From: Candidatus Latescibacterota bacterium
GTDB taxonomy: Bacteria; Latescibacterota; UBA2968; GCA-2709665
Direction: 5' to 3'
Assembly: GCA_965219995.1 (NCBI GenBank)
Contig: CBDCOX010000002.1
Span: 4,576,001-4,640,000 of the forward strand
DNA: 64,000 nt
Shown here: in pieces, positions 27,580 through 38,800 of the stretch
Layout of the letters: every line of letters starts with the position of its first letter
Position numbering within the stretch: position 1 is the stretch's first letter
Notes under the pieces: generated by a model
The model's database searches: none
What the model was told of the DNA's origin: nothing
What the model saw: only the letters and a program-made list of their open reading frames with translations
Made by a program: the position numbers and the translations under genes

Positions 27580-28527
27580 TTATTCCTTTCTGCTCTCCGC
27601 GATTTTCTCAAGGGTCTGGTCGTGCAGGGCCTGCGTCCGGCTGACCAGCACGTCGAAGACGGTCTCGTAATCTTCGGTGGGCTTCGGAACGTCGTTTCCG
27701 TCGAAATCGGAGACGACCAGGCCGGCTTCCTCCGCGATCGCAATCCCGGAAAAGACGTCGACGTACGGCTGCTGCCTTGCGAAATAGACGTCGATCTGCC
27801 CGGCCGCCGCCTCCGCAAAGGCGTACGGTCCGCCGTTGGGGTGAAGCATCTTGAAGGCATCGACAACGGTCCGGTATTCATCGATGAGCGGCATGAGGAA
27901 TTTGGCCGGTTTCAGGAGGTACGACTCCACACAGGCGTCGCCAATGTCGGACGCCGGTTCCCCGTGCCGTTCCCTGCGGTAGCTCTCATTCAGCCTCTCC
28001 ACGCCGGTCAGCGCGTTTCCGTCCAGCCTGGCCATAAAGGCGCCGCTGCCGTTGGCGAACGCCAGGTCCCGGTTGAAGACGTCGCCGGTAACGGAGACGA
28101 GGTGATCGAAGTTGGCATTGAACAGCGCAAGGGAACTGTATTGCATGAACGGCAGCCCCCGCTTGTACAGCCAGCTGCCGTCGAACGGATCGGAGACGCC
28201 GTAAATTCTGTCGCCTTCCTTGCCGCCTGTCAGGTCCACCATGCCGGCTTCCTCGGAGAGCAGCACGACAGGATGCGGACTTTCTTTGAGCCGTCCGATA
28301 TAGGCCCCTTCGGCGGCTTCGTCCACACCGAAGATCTCCGCGTCCCAGTCCTTGTAGTCGCCTTCCCGGGTCCGGATGACCCTGGCGCCGCTGGCCTCGC
28401 CCTGCAAATCGTGCAGGATGTCCAGGGTTTCCGCCACGATGGCCAGGCCGAGCGCCGAAAGGTCGTCTACATTATCGGTTCTACTGAAGTTGCCGATTCT
28501 GCTTTCGAAAACCTGATCTTCACCCAT
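27580..28527 (-). CDS. Inositol monophosphatase / FBPase-superfamily phosphatase
   Basis: 'LSEEAG', 'DPFDGS', 'AAGQID' and 'IAEEAGLVVSDFDG'. Confidence 0.85.
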   Translation of the reverse strand: MGEDQVFESRIGNFSRTDNVDDLSALGLAIVAETLDILHDLQGEASGARVIRTREGDYKDWDAEIFGVDEAAEGAYIGRLKESPHPVVLLSEEAGMVDLTGGKEGDRIYGVSDPFDGSWLYKRGLPFMQYSSLALFNANFDHLVSVTGDVFNRDLAFANGSGAFMARLDGNALTGVERLNESYRRERHGEPASDIGDACVESYLLKPAKFLMPLIDEYRTVVDAFKMLHPNGGPYAFAEAAAGQIDVYFARQQPYVDVFSGIAIAEEAGLVVSDFDGNDVPKPTEDYETVFDVLVSRTQALHDQTLEKIAESRKE

Positions 28528-29107
28528 TCGGGATTCCTTCCGCCAGAAGTGAGGTAACTTTCTGTTTTTAAGGGACTAACGTACGAAAATAGCATTGAAC
28601 TCGACAAACATTGAGTATACCACATTCACCGAGTGATGTCAAGACAAAACATATTGCGAATTCGCCGGCCGGGTGTTATCGTTAGTCGACAAATCCACCC
28701 GCACACCTCGGACATAGCTATCAGTGTTCGCCGGTCCGAAAAAAACGATAAGCACAGGGCGAAATCCAAAGTCAAAATCCCCTTTTCCCCAAATTCCCTG
28801 CCTCCGGCGGGTTCCTTTTGAAGCGACCAAAAGGAACCAAAAGTCGCCGCTGGGCGCGGGGCCTGCTATATGCATAGCGCGAATACCCTCACAGGATGCA
28901 CGTAATTCTCTGCCCTGACACCGTCGGAGGAACATCGAACCGTGTCTCTGGACGGATCAGCGCGCTCTGCTCTGGTGGCCCTCCGGTAAGGGAATTCCTT
29001 TGTAGACCGATTGGCGCCTGTATGATGAGGACATCTGTCGACTTGAAGCAGAGACCGAATCGGTCGACGTCTGCGCCGTGAGTTGCAGGACTGGAACGGG
29101 CGCAGAC

Positions 29108-29213
29108 CTCTCCCCCCGGCCCCCTCTCCTAAAGGAAAGGGGGAGCAAAACCAGGCGTACATCAAGGGATTACAGTTCCCCCCTTCCCCCCGGGAAGGGG
29201 GACAGGGGGTAGG
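29108..29213. repeat. Inverted pair of C/G-run palindromic repeats (REP-like)
   Basis: ctctccccccggcccctctcctaaaggaaagggggag and ttcccccttccccccgggaagggggacagggggtagg in opposite orientation. Confidence 0.6.
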
Positions 29214-29252
29214 TCGGCCGGGCCCAAGGATAATACATGTAAAGGAGAAACA

Positions 29253-30416
29253 ATGGTTCTTCGCGGGAAGATAGTCGGAACGGAAAAACCCGTATCGGTA
29301 ACGATTGAAGCCGGTCGAATCGAAAGCATCGAAGCCAACGGCGCGGCGGAGCTCGGAGGCGACGAGGTCTGGATTTCACCGGGTTTCTTCGACGTACAGG
29401 TCAACGGCGCCGGCGGGATCAACTTCAGTTCGGGCGACCTGACGGTCGAGAGGGTTCTGCAGGCCTGTGAGTGGCCGTACCGGGCGGGTACCGCGTTGTT
29501 CTGTCCGACGGTGACGACTTCCCCCGTCGAGCAGGCGATTACAGCGCTGAGGACGCTGGCGCGGACCTGCGAGCAATCGGATGCCGCGAATGCGTCGTTT
29601 GTGGGCTTTCACGTGGAGGGACCGTACATCGCCTCCGAAGACGGTCCGCGGGGGGCGCATCCCCTGGAGCATACGCGGGACCCGGACTGGGACGAGTTCC
29701 GCCGCTACCAGGAGGCGGCGGAGGGGCAGATCCGGATACTGACTCTGGCGCCCGAGCGTGACGGATCCCTGGCCTTCATCGAGAAAGCCGCGGAGTCCGG
29801 CGTCATTGTCGCCCTGGGACATACCGGCGCGAGCCGGGCCCGGATCCGCGAGGCGGTGGCGGCGGGGGCGCGAATGTCTACGCACCTGGGCAACGGGGCG
29901 CACGCGGAGATCCCCCGCCACGACAACTATATCTGGGAGCAGCTTGCCGCCGACGAACTCTGGGCGGGGATCATCCCGGACGGGCACCATCTCCCGCCGC
30001 CCGTGCTGAAGAGCTTCTACAGGACCAAACAGAAAGAGCGCATCTGCCTGGTCAGCGACGTGTCGTCCATCGCGGGTCTGCCGCCGGGCGTCTACGGACG
30101 GAGCTACGGGACCGACGAGGTCGAGATTCACGAGAACGGGAAGATCTCCCTGGCGGGCACGCCGTACCTGGCGGGGGCGTCCCTGTTTCTGGACTGCGGG
30201 ATCCCGAACACGGTCGCCTTTACGGATGCCTCGCTGGCCGATGCGGTGGATATGGCCAGTGTAAACCCGGCGCGGCTGCTGGGCGTGGACGACCGGGCGG
30301 GTCGCGTGACGCCCGGGATGGAGGCCAGCCTCACGCTGTTCCGCCGGACAGAAGGACAGCGCGCGCTCTCCATCGAGGCGACCGTCGTCCGGGGCGAGGT
30401 CGTCTTCAAAGCGTAG
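29253..30416 (+). CDS. nagA: N-acetylglucosamine-6-phosphate deacetylase family
   Basis: 'PGFFDVQVNG', 'GFHVEGPYI', 'GAH', 'TLAPE', 'LGHT', 'THLGN' and 'DGHH'. Confidence 0.85.
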   Translation: MVLRGKIVGTEKPVSVTIEAGRIESIEANGAAELGGDEVWISPGFFDVQVNGAGGINFSSGDLTVERVLQACEWPYRAGTALFCPTVTTSPVEQAITALRTLARTCEQSDAANASFVGFHVEGPYIASEDGPRGAHPLEHTRDPDWDEFRRYQEAAEGQIRILTLAPERDGSLAFIEKAAESGVIVALGHTGASRARIREAVAAGARMSTHLGNGAHAEIPRHDNYIWEQLAADELWAGIIPDGHHLPPPVLKSFYRTKQKERICLVSDVSSIAGLPPGVYGRSYGTDEVEIHENGKISLAGTPYLAGASLFLDCGIPNTVAFTDASLADAVDMASVNPARLLGVDDRAGRVTPGMEASLTLFRRTEGQRALSIEATVVRGEVVFKA

Positions 30417-30462
30417 TCGTCCGGCGCTGAGTGTATTTGTTGTGGATTAAGAGGTCCGGGCT

Positions 30463-32622
30463 ATGGAACGGCTCCAGGGCATTGTGGATCGGATCACGTT
30501 TCAGAGCGAAGAGAGCGGCTACACGGTGGCCAGGTTCCAACCGGAAGGCGCGCGGGAACCGGTCACCGTTGTGGGGACGACGCTTTCGCTGGTTGCCGGG
30601 GAGTGCGTGGCCCTGAAAGGGGAGTGGACGGACCACGCCCGGTACGGCCGCCAGTTCAGGATCGATTCCTACGAGAAGGTAGTTCCATCCACCGTACACG
30701 GGATGCGCAAGTATCTGGGTTCGGGGCTGATCAAGGGTATCGGACCGGTGATGGCCGGGCGAATCGTGGACCATTTCGGGAAAAAGACGCTGGAGGTAAT
30801 CGAGAAGGCCTCGAAACGGCTCGTGGAGGTGGAGGGGCTGGGCCGGAAGCGTGCGACGATGATCGAGGATGCGTGGAAGGAGCAGCGCGAGATCCACAAC
30901 GTGATGCTGTTTCTGCAGTCGCACGACGTGGGTACGGGGCATGCGGTGAAGATCTGGAAGCAATACGGGCAGGACGCCGTTTCACTGATTCAGGAGAATC
31001 CGTACCGGTTGTCTCGCGACGTCTGGGGCATCGGTTTCGCATCCGCCGACCGGATCGCTCAGAAGATGGGGGTGGAATCCCAATCGGAACAACGGGTCCT
31101 TGCGGGTATCCGATATGTACTGGACACCGCGGCGCAATCCGACGGGCACGTCTATCTGCCGGTGACGGAGTTGATGGACCGGTGCGCGGAGACGCTGGAG
31201 GTGTCGCACGAACTGATCGCGCCGTGTATCGACCTGCTTCACCGGGAGCAAGAGGTGGTCGTCGAGGACGACCGGATCTACATTCCCTCACTCTACTTTG
31301 CCGAAAAAGGCGTGGCGACGCGGGTGCATCAGTTCTCCAGCATCGAACGGATTGAAACCGGCGATATCAAACGTGAGATCGCGGCGATCGAGCAACGTGA
31401 CGGGATCCGGTTCGCCTCTCTGCAGAAGGTTGCGCTGGAGAAGGCCCTTTCCCACAGCCTGCTGGTGCTGACCGGCGGTCCGGGGACGGGCAAGACCACG
31501 ACGATCAGGGGTCTGATCGCCCTCTTCGAGGCCAGAGACAAGGACGTACTGCTGGCCGCGCCAACCGGACGGGCGGCCAAACGGATGTCGGAAGCCACGG
31601 GGAAGGACGCAAGAACCATCCACAGGCTGCTCAAGTTCAGCCCCGGCGAGCTGAAGTTCGATATGAACTTCGAGAACCCTCTGAAGTGCGATGCGATCAT
31701 CGTGGACGAAGTCTCAATGGTCGACGTCGCATTGATGAACAGCCTGCTGCAGGCGGTACCGCTCAGCGCGACCGTGGTCCTGGTGGGCGACGTGGACCAG
31801 TTGCCGTCGGTGGGGCCGGGGAATGTCCTGAAGGATATCATCGGCTCCGGGCAGGCGGCTGTCGTTGCGCTGAACGAGATTTTCCGGCAGGCGCGTGAGA
31901 GCCGGATTGTCATCAACGCGCACCGGATCCTGGCCGGCGAAATACCGGAGGTGGACAACAGCCGGGACTCGGATTTCTTTTTCTCGCAGGTGGACGACCC
32001 GGAGGAGGTCGTGGAGACGGTCTGCGGGCTCTGCCGGGACCGGCTGCCGCACGCCTACGGGGTGGACGCGATAGACGACATCCAGGTGATGGCGCCGATG
32101 TATCGAGGCGAGACCGGCGCAACGAACCTGAACCGGGTGCTCCAGGAGCGCCTCAATCCCAACGGGCAGGAACTGCAGCGCGGCGGCGTCCGGTTCCGGG
32201 TGGGAGACAAGGTGATGCAGGTGCGGAACAACTACGACAGGGACGTGTTCAACGGGGATATGGGGCGGGTTGCGGGGATCGATCCGACGAACCAGGCCCT
32301 CGCCGTAAGGTACCCGGAACGGACCGTGGGTTACGACTTCACGGAACTGGACGAGATCGTGCCTGCTTACGCCACCAGCGTGCACAAGAGCCAGGGGTCG
32401 GAATATCCCGTGGTCGTGCTGCCGCTGACCACCCAGCACTATATGATGCTTCAGCGGAACCTGCTCTACACGGCCGTCACCAGGGCGCGGGACCTGGTTG
32501 TCATCGTCGGCACGCGGAAAGCCCTGGCCATCGCCATCAAAAACAATCAGGTGGCCGACCGGTATACATCGCTGCCCCAACGCATCCGATCGGGGCAGGG
32601 CGAGTCACAAAACGGCCAATGA
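30463..32622 (+). CDS. recD2: ATP-dependent RecD2-like DNA helicase
   Basis: N-terminal HhH 'YLGSGLIKGIG', 'TGGPGTGKTT', 'VDEVSM', 'GDVDQLPSVG' and 'SVHKSQGSEY'. Confidence 0.95.
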   Translation: MERLQGIVDRITFQSEESGYTVARFQPEGAREPVTVVGTTLSLVAGECVALKGEWTDHARYGRQFRIDSYEKVVPSTVHGMRKYLGSGLIKGIGPVMAGRIVDHFGKKTLEVIEKASKRLVEVEGLGRKRATMIEDAWKEQREIHNVMLFLQSHDVGTGHAVKIWKQYGQDAVSLIQENPYRLSRDVWGIGFASADRIAQKMGVESQSEQRVLAGIRYVLDTAAQSDGHVYLPVTELMDRCAETLEVSHELIAPCIDLLHREQEVVVEDDRIYIPSLYFAEKGVATRVHQFSSIERIETGDIKREIAAIEQRDGIRFASLQKVALEKALSHSLLVLTGGPGTGKTTTIRGLIALFEARDKDVLLAAPTGRAAKRMSEATGKDARTIHRLLKFSPGELKFDMNFENPLKCDAIIVDEVSMVDVALMNSLLQAVPLSATVVLVGDVDQLPSVGPGNVLKDIIGSGQAAVVALNEIFRQARESRIVINAHRILAGEIPEVDNSRDSDFFFSQVDDPEEVVETVCGLCRDRLPHAYGVDAIDDIQVMAPMYRGETGATNLNRVLQERLNPNGQELQRGGVRFRVGDKVMQVRNNYDRDVFNGDMGRVAGIDPTNQALAVRYPERTVGYDFTELDEIVPAYATSVHKSQGSEYPVVVLPLTTQHYMMLQRNLLYTAVTRARDLVVIVGTRKALAIAIKNNQVADRYTSLPQRIRSGQGESQNGQ

Positions 32623-32672
32623 ACCGTCCGCTCTCGAGTGAGCACCTTGCTGTGTCACACCCCCTGGCCTTT

Positions 32673-32697
32673 GCAGGGGCGTCCCTTGTGGGCGCCC
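32673..32697 (+). repeat. REP-like palindrome, copy of 3963-3987
   Basis: GCAGGGGCGTCCCTTGTGGGCGCCC. Confidence 0.75.
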
Positions 32698-32823
32698 GGC
32701 CTCTGGCGGATTCCTCAAACTCACGCTCGAAGCCTTCCCGGTATATCGAGACTTCCCCGACTTCCCGGCATAGCCCCCCGGACCGGCCCCGACTCTTTCG
32801 GTCTCATCTCACGGCGCGACCGC

Positions 32824-35214
32824 CTATTCCGCCTTTCCAATGCGATAGCCAACGCGCGGCTGGTTGAATATGAAAGTTGGGGCTCGCGCGGAGTCCCCCA
32901 GTTTGCGTCGGATGTTTTTAACGGCGGCGTGCAGCGGCCGTTTGTCGTCTGTATTCGACCTGCCCCAGACCTGTTTCAACAGATCCTCGTGCAGAACAGT
33001 CTGGCCGGCATAAACGGAGAGTTCCTGCAGTAGCCGATACTCAATTCTGGTCAGGATCAAGGACTCACCGGCCATTGTCACCCGGCGGCGGGCGTAGTCA
33101 ATCTTGAGATCCCCCATCATGAATGGTCTGGATGGAACGGCCGTCTCCGGCGGGAACCGTTTGCGAAGGATCGCCCGGATTCTGGCCACGAGTTCCGTAG
33201 GTGAAAAGGGTTTGACCACGTAATCTGACGCGCCGCTGTCGAAGGCTCGGGCAATCGCATCTTCGTGTCCGTAGGCCGATAGAAAGATGACTGGTACTTC
33301 AGCCTTTTCGACGATGTTCTGCATCAATTCTACGCCGTCGCTTCCCGGAAGCACGAGGTCCAGCAATACCAGTTCGGGACTGTGTTCTTCCACAAGTTTC
33401 AGTGCCTCGTTCGGGTTGCCGGTAACGACTGGAACGAAACCGGCGCTTACCAGGGCCTTCCGCACGCTACGCAGCGTCTGCGGGTCATCGTCCACGACGA
33501 GGATCTTCGTTCGGTTCTTGAATACCGCTCTTGTGAAGGCGATGGGGGCGGCCTTTCCGCCTCCTGTGCCATCTCCTCCATCATAGGCAACCGGGATCGT
33601 GAACTTGAACCGGGTTCCCGTACCCGGTCCGTCGCTTTCGGCCCAGATCCTGCCGCCGTGGGCTTCCACGATGCCTCTGCAAATTGAGAGGCCCCATCCG
33701 GCCCCTGTTTCGTATTCGAGACCGGCATCCCGCTCGCGGGGGAAGGACTTGCGAAACAGGTGCGGAATGTGCTCGGCGGGCACGCCACGACCGTGATCGG
33801 CTACGACAAACTCGACGTGTCCGCTCTCTTTTTCGGCAGAAACCCGAATTGGTGAATTCTCCGGCGAATTCTGTGCGGCGTTCGTGAGTAAGTTGACCAG
33901 TACCTGTACGACGCGCCCCGGGTCGGCCATAACAGGGGGGAGGCCGGGCGCTGACTCGATGTGGATGCTGTCTCTGTCCCAACCACTTGAGAAGGTGTTG
34001 CGAGCCTGCTCCAGCAACCCGGTCACCGTGGCGGAAACCGGAGTTACAATCAGGGTTCCGGTCTCGATGCGAGCCACGTCCACCAGATCGTTAATCAGTA
34101 CCCCCATATTGTCGGCCTGCTCTTCAATGATGCGCAAGAACTGGGCCACCTCGGCCGGACGAAACGGGAAGGGTTCGCTCAAGGCCGTTGCCGTCGAACC
34201 CTTGATTGCAGCCAGCGGCGCCCGCAGTTCGTGGGTTACCATTGCCAGGAACTCTGCGCGCAGCCGATCCAGTTCTTCCATATGCGTCATGTCCTGCAGA
34301 GTCACGACATAGGACGCTATGCCACCGCCAACCGACTTGATCGGGGTGGCGTTCATCAGGGCGGTCAAACCGCGGCCCTCCGGTGCCAGGATGACGACCT
34401 CCTCGGCTCGTACCGTCTCGCCTCTGCTCAGAGCTTCAACGACAGAGAGTTTTTGTAACGTGATTTCGCTCCCATCCGCCCGCCTGAGAGTCAGGATCTT
34501 CAGTGCCTTCCGCGGGGACCGCGTCTCGACGCCCAGGTATTTGACAAGTCTGCACATCTCCCGGTTGAACGAGACCAACTTTCCCGTCGTGGCGTTCCAG
34601 ACCACAACGCCCACCGGCGACGTGTCGATCAGGGCTTCGAGGTCGGCCCTGGCGCGCTGTTCCTCCTGGTGACGCCTGGCGTTCGCAATCACCAGCGCCG
34701 CCTGGGAGGCGAACATGCCCAGCGTCTCTTCGTCTTCCGGCGTGAACGCCTTGCTTCCTTCCTTCTCGGCCAGAAACAACGTCCCCACCCGCTCTCCCCC
34801 GTGGTGGATCGGCGCCACCAGAAACGTCAATTTCGGACTCACCGGCATTGGAGGACGAAATTCAGGCAGGCCCAGGCGCTCTATGTGGACGTGCAAGTCT
34901 CGTAACCGTAAAGGTTCGTCCAGGAAGGCGAAATATTCGAAGAGCGCCTCGTTCTCCGGAAGGCGCCAGATCCGCCGCGTCTGATTGGGCGTCATGCCGG
35001 AGGACATGCAGTTCTGTACCCGCCTCCCATCATCCAACAACGTCAACATACCGTACTTCGCGTCTGTCAACGATCGGGCGCCGTCCAGGACGCCCTGCAG
35101 TACCGCCTTGATGTCAAGGCTTTCGTTGATGCGCGTGAATGCGTTGCCCATGCGGCAGAGGCGCTCCTGCAAATGTCTGTTCTCTGCCTGAAGCCTCTCT
35201 GTCTTTCGCATCAT
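32824..35214 (-). CDS. Cytoplasmic hybrid GAF-PAS-histidine kinase-receiver-OmpR-type winged-helix regulator
   Basis: GAF ('FTPEDEETL..FASQAALVI'), PAS, HisKA 'HELRAPL', HATPase 'NLLTNA..DHGRG..GAGWGLSIC', REC 'VDDD..LLDLVLP..KPF' and wHTH 'LTRIEYRLL..VWG..IRRKLGD..VGYRI'. ATG at 35214 after GGAGAGG; no transmembrane helix seen. Confidence 0.88.
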   Translation of the reverse strand: MMRKTERLQAENRHLQERLCRMGNAFTRINESLDIKAVLQGVLDGARSLTDAKYGMLTLLDDGRRVQNCMSSGMTPNQTRRIWRLPENEALFEYFAFLDEPLRLRDLHVHIERLGLPEFRPPMPVSPKLTFLVAPIHHGGERVGTLFLAEKEGSKAFTPEDEETLGMFASQAALVIANARRHQEEQRARADLEALIDTSPVGVVVWNATTGKLVSFNREMCRLVKYLGVETRSPRKALKILTLRRADGSEITLQKLSVVEALSRGETVRAEEVVILAPEGRGLTALMNATPIKSVGGGIASYVVTLQDMTHMEELDRLRAEFLAMVTHELRAPLAAIKGSTATALSEPFPFRPAEVAQFLRIIEEQADNMGVLINDLVDVARIETGTLIVTPVSATVTGLLEQARNTFSSGWDRDSIHIESAPGLPPVMADPGRVVQVLVNLLTNAAQNSPENSPIRVSAEKESGHVEFVVADHGRGVPAEHIPHLFRKSFPRERDAGLEYETGAGWGLSICRGIVEAHGGRIWAESDGPGTGTRFKFTIPVAYDGGDGTGGGKAAPIAFTRAVFKNRTKILVVDDDPQTLRSVRKALVSAGFVPVVTGNPNEALKLVEEHSPELVLLDLVLPGSDGVELMQNIVEKAEVPVIFLSAYGHEDAIARAFDSGASDYVVKPFSPTELVARIRAILRKRFPPETAVPSRPFMMGDLKIDYARRRVTMAGESLILTRIEYRLLQELSVYAGQTVLHEDLLKQVWGRSNTDDKRPLHAAVKNIRRKLGDSARAPTFIFNQPRVGYRIGKAE

Positions 35215-35332
35215 CCTCTCCTGTAGCACCGACCCCTTCATCCCCGTTGACTGTGTGAACGACATCGCAGGGCCGTTACGGACGTCAACCGTTGTCGTAC
35301 AGCGGCGTCTGGGAATGACCACAAAGAGATGA

Positions 35333-35420
35333 TTTTCAGAATAAAATCATCGAATGCGAACATGAATTCAGTGTAAATTCATTATTTTTACTTATATTAG
35401 AGAGAAAATTTATTATACAT
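35333..35420 (+). promoter_or_regulatory. Phased TCA-box array (copy 0), upstream of the divergent hybrid regulator
   Basis: TCA at 35336, 35347, 35368 and 35379 (spacing 11/21/11), followed by an AT-rich promoter-like tract. Confidence 0.6.
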
Positions 35421-35527
35421 AATAATTCTTAAACATACAAGTGTCAAATGCACTTGCGCGGCGGCGACCATCGACACAGCAAGTCGGGGCGACGCCGGAC
35501 CCTCCTTCCCACTATCGACCCCGCTCT

Positions 35528-35851
35528 GCGAATTCCTGTTCCCTGTCTCACGCATCCAAATCGGTAACGTCAACCTCTCCTCTCGCGCCAGCCCTCGCGT
35601 CCCTTACGACGGTGTGAAACACGAACTGAAAGCGGCAGGTAGATCGATCCGTGTTGGCCGGTCCTGTCCCGGTTGGCTCCGGATTGGGTCGTTATCAGCG
35701 AAATATCATCGAAGACGAGGGGAAATTCATTAATAAATCATAAGTATAACTTAATATAGAAATGCTTTTTTATTATATTTATTGCTCCGATGCCGATCCT
35801 CGTGGAACAGGGTCGGCTGCCGCGACGCAGATGAAGTGTCCTGGAGGACCG
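35528..35851 (+). promoter_or_regulatory. Duplicated promoter/leader module, copy 1 (diverged)
   Basis: Homologous to 46911-47416 and 52123-52563. TCA at 35695/35706/35727/35738; TTAATA(35751)-N17-TATATT(35774). Confidence 0.75.
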
Positions 35852-35878
35852 GACGTGCCGGTGAGGAGGTAGTCTGCA

Positions 35879-38800
35879 ATGCTGTTTGGATTTCGAGCAA
35901 GGCCGGTTGTTTCGAACAACCCGACACGTAGCGAGTCGCCGCGAATCCCGCACGAGACGGCCATGGCAGCCATCGTATTCCTGGCGTCTTTTCTTGCGGC
36001 TTCCCAGGTGCGGGCGCAGTCGCAGGCCATTACGCTGTCTGAGACATCCCTGAGCGTTGACGAATCGAACAGTGCGACGTACACCGTAAAGCTGGCCACG
36101 CAGCCCACCGGTGACGTGACCGTTACCATCACCGGAACGTCGGGGACCGACCTCGATCTGGACAAGACCAGCCTGACGTTCACGACGTCGACATGGAGCA
36201 CCGTACAGACCGTGAGGGTAACCGCCGATGGGGATACTGACGCGACGGACGATTTCGTGACGCTGGCCCATACGGCGTCCGGAGCGGACTACGCTTCCGT
36301 AACGAAAGAACTGCCCGTTACGGTGGAGGACATTACCAACGTCACCCTGACGGTAACCGGGCTCGATTTGCTTTCGATGTCAGAATACACCGACGACACC
36401 AGGACCATATCGGCGCGCCTGAGCAGGTCGCTCAGCGACGACGTCACGTTGACGGTTACCGCGTCTCCAGATGATGCAACCACGACTTCCGGCGACTATA
36501 CTCTCAGCCCGGATCCGGCGGAAATCACGATTTCGGCGGGAGACTCCCTTACGAGCGATGAGGTGGTTTTCACGGCCGTCGACGACTTCAATGACCGGCA
36601 TAAGAATGTTCAATTGACGCTGACGGTGGACAACGCGCGGGTGACGGTGTCCGGCGGGACGACGAGGGATATCTTCATCCGGAGCGACGACCTCGCTTCG
36701 ATCAGTCTGGAACTGGCGCCGGATCCGATATTCGAGAACGGCAGAGCAAGCAGAGTGACGGCGACGATGGCTTATTCCGACCGGGTTAAAGAGCAGGTGA
36801 CGCTGACGATTTCGGCCGAGGCGGCCTCGTCGACCGTAGCCGGGGACTTCACGCTCACGGGAGGGCCGCTGACGTTCGCGCCCGGCGCACATACCAGTCA
36901 GGGCACGGTAATGATCGCGGCCAACGACGATGCGGACATGGATGATGAGACGGTTACGGTTACGGGCAAAGTCACCGGAGGGCGGAGCGTGATAGAGCCC
37001 GAGCCACTTACCTTGAATATTGTCGATGACGACGAAACCGGCCTCGTGACGATGTCATTGCGGCTGACGCCGGAACGGATCCGGGAGTCCGGCGGGTTCA
37101 ATGTCAGTACGGTCACCGCGGAGGTAAGCCGGCCGTTGACGCAGCCGGCGACCGTAACGGTTTCCGCGTCACCGAATCCGGAGAACGCGGAAACGACCGC
37201 CGATGACTATGCGCTAAGTACGAACCTTGAACTCCTGATTGCCGCGGGGGAAACCGAGAGTAAGGGCAGGGTGACCCTTACGGCGGTGGACAATTCACTG
37301 TACGAGGGTACGCATAAGAGTGTATTGGTTACGGGAACGGTGACAGGCAACGCGGGGGTGGCGGCTCCCCCACAACGTGAATTGACGATTTTGGAGGACG
37401 ATGTCAAGGCGACCGTGCAATTGATAGCGACGCCGCAAACAATCGATGAAGACGGAGGCGTCAGCACGATCACGGCGGTGTCGCATTTGCCGATGCCTGA
37501 AACCGTGACTTTCGACGTGAGGGTGTCTGGTTCCGCGGTAACGCTAAGCGACAATGTAACTCTCACGTTGGCCCAGGGAGAGACGAACAGTACGGGGACC
37601 GTAACGGTAACGGCGGGAGATATTTCCGGTACAAATCATACGAGTGTGTCCATCAGTCGACAGAACCTCAGTTCGTCCTCGTTTACCGTAAAGACAACTC
37701 GTATACTCGTCATCGACGACGATTATACGGGCTCTCAGTTGTGGATGAGGTTGTCGCCCGGCGACATGGTTGAGGGCCAGAACCAGGTCAGCACGGTGTC
37801 CGCGTACCTTACCCAGGCGTTGTCGGAGAACGTGACCGTAACGGTCGCTATCGACGAAGACTACACATCGGCGTTTCCCGATGAATACACGTTGAGCACA
37901 AATCGGACGTTAACGATATCGGCCGGGGATACGACAAGCACCGGAACGGTGACGCTTACGTCCGTGGACAACGATTACTATAGCGCCAGGCATGGCTACA
38001 GAGTCGGGTACACGTACGAGGTAACCGGTCCCGCTGGTTTGCAAACCAGGAAATTACAGGATAGCTGGAGTATCCGCGAGGATGAGTCTCCGACCGTAGT
38101 GACGCTGGTCTTGACCCCGGATGCAATTGACGAGAACGGCGGGGAATCTACTGTAACCGCCGAACTCAACTCCGCGGTGCGAAGTAACCTCACATTGACC
38201 GTGCTGGCGGATGGGTCCGGGGACGTCACCCAGAACGGAACGACGCTTACGATTGCCGAGGGATCAAAAACGAGCACCGGAACGGTAACCCTGACGGCCG
38301 TGGACAACGCCATGGACGCGCTGGATAAATTCGTCCGGGTCCGGGGTTCGCTGACCGTTGCCGAGGATCTGCCGTTTTCGATCGTGTTTCCCTACGGCCG
38401 GCAGTTGACGATCACGGACGATGATGAGGCAGACCTGGTCCTGTCCACCGCGTCGCTGACGGTTACGGAGGGCGCGGACCCCGGAGGGACCTACACGGTG
38501 AAGCTGGCCACCGAGCCCACCTCCGACGTGTCGGTGAGCATCGGCCTTCCGTCCGGTACGGATGTCTCGGTCAATCCATCCAGCCTGACGTTCACCCCGA
38601 CGACGTGGAACACGGAGCGGACCGTGACGGTATCCGCGGCTCACGACGACGACGCGAGCAATGACAGCGCGACGCTGACACACATGGCCACCGGCGGCGG
38701 CTACGGGTCCGTCAGCAAGGACGTCTCGGTTACGGTGAACGAGGACGACGAGCCGGCCCTCGTGTTGTCCGGGACGTCGCTGACGGTGGCGGAGGGGGCG

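Noticed and set aside
28530-29250. 720-bp intergenic region as a possible ncRNA or small gene
   Set aside because: It contains only hairpin-like repeats (e.g. ggttccttttg...caaaaggaacc at ~28810-28839); no tRNA or known RNA motif was recognised.
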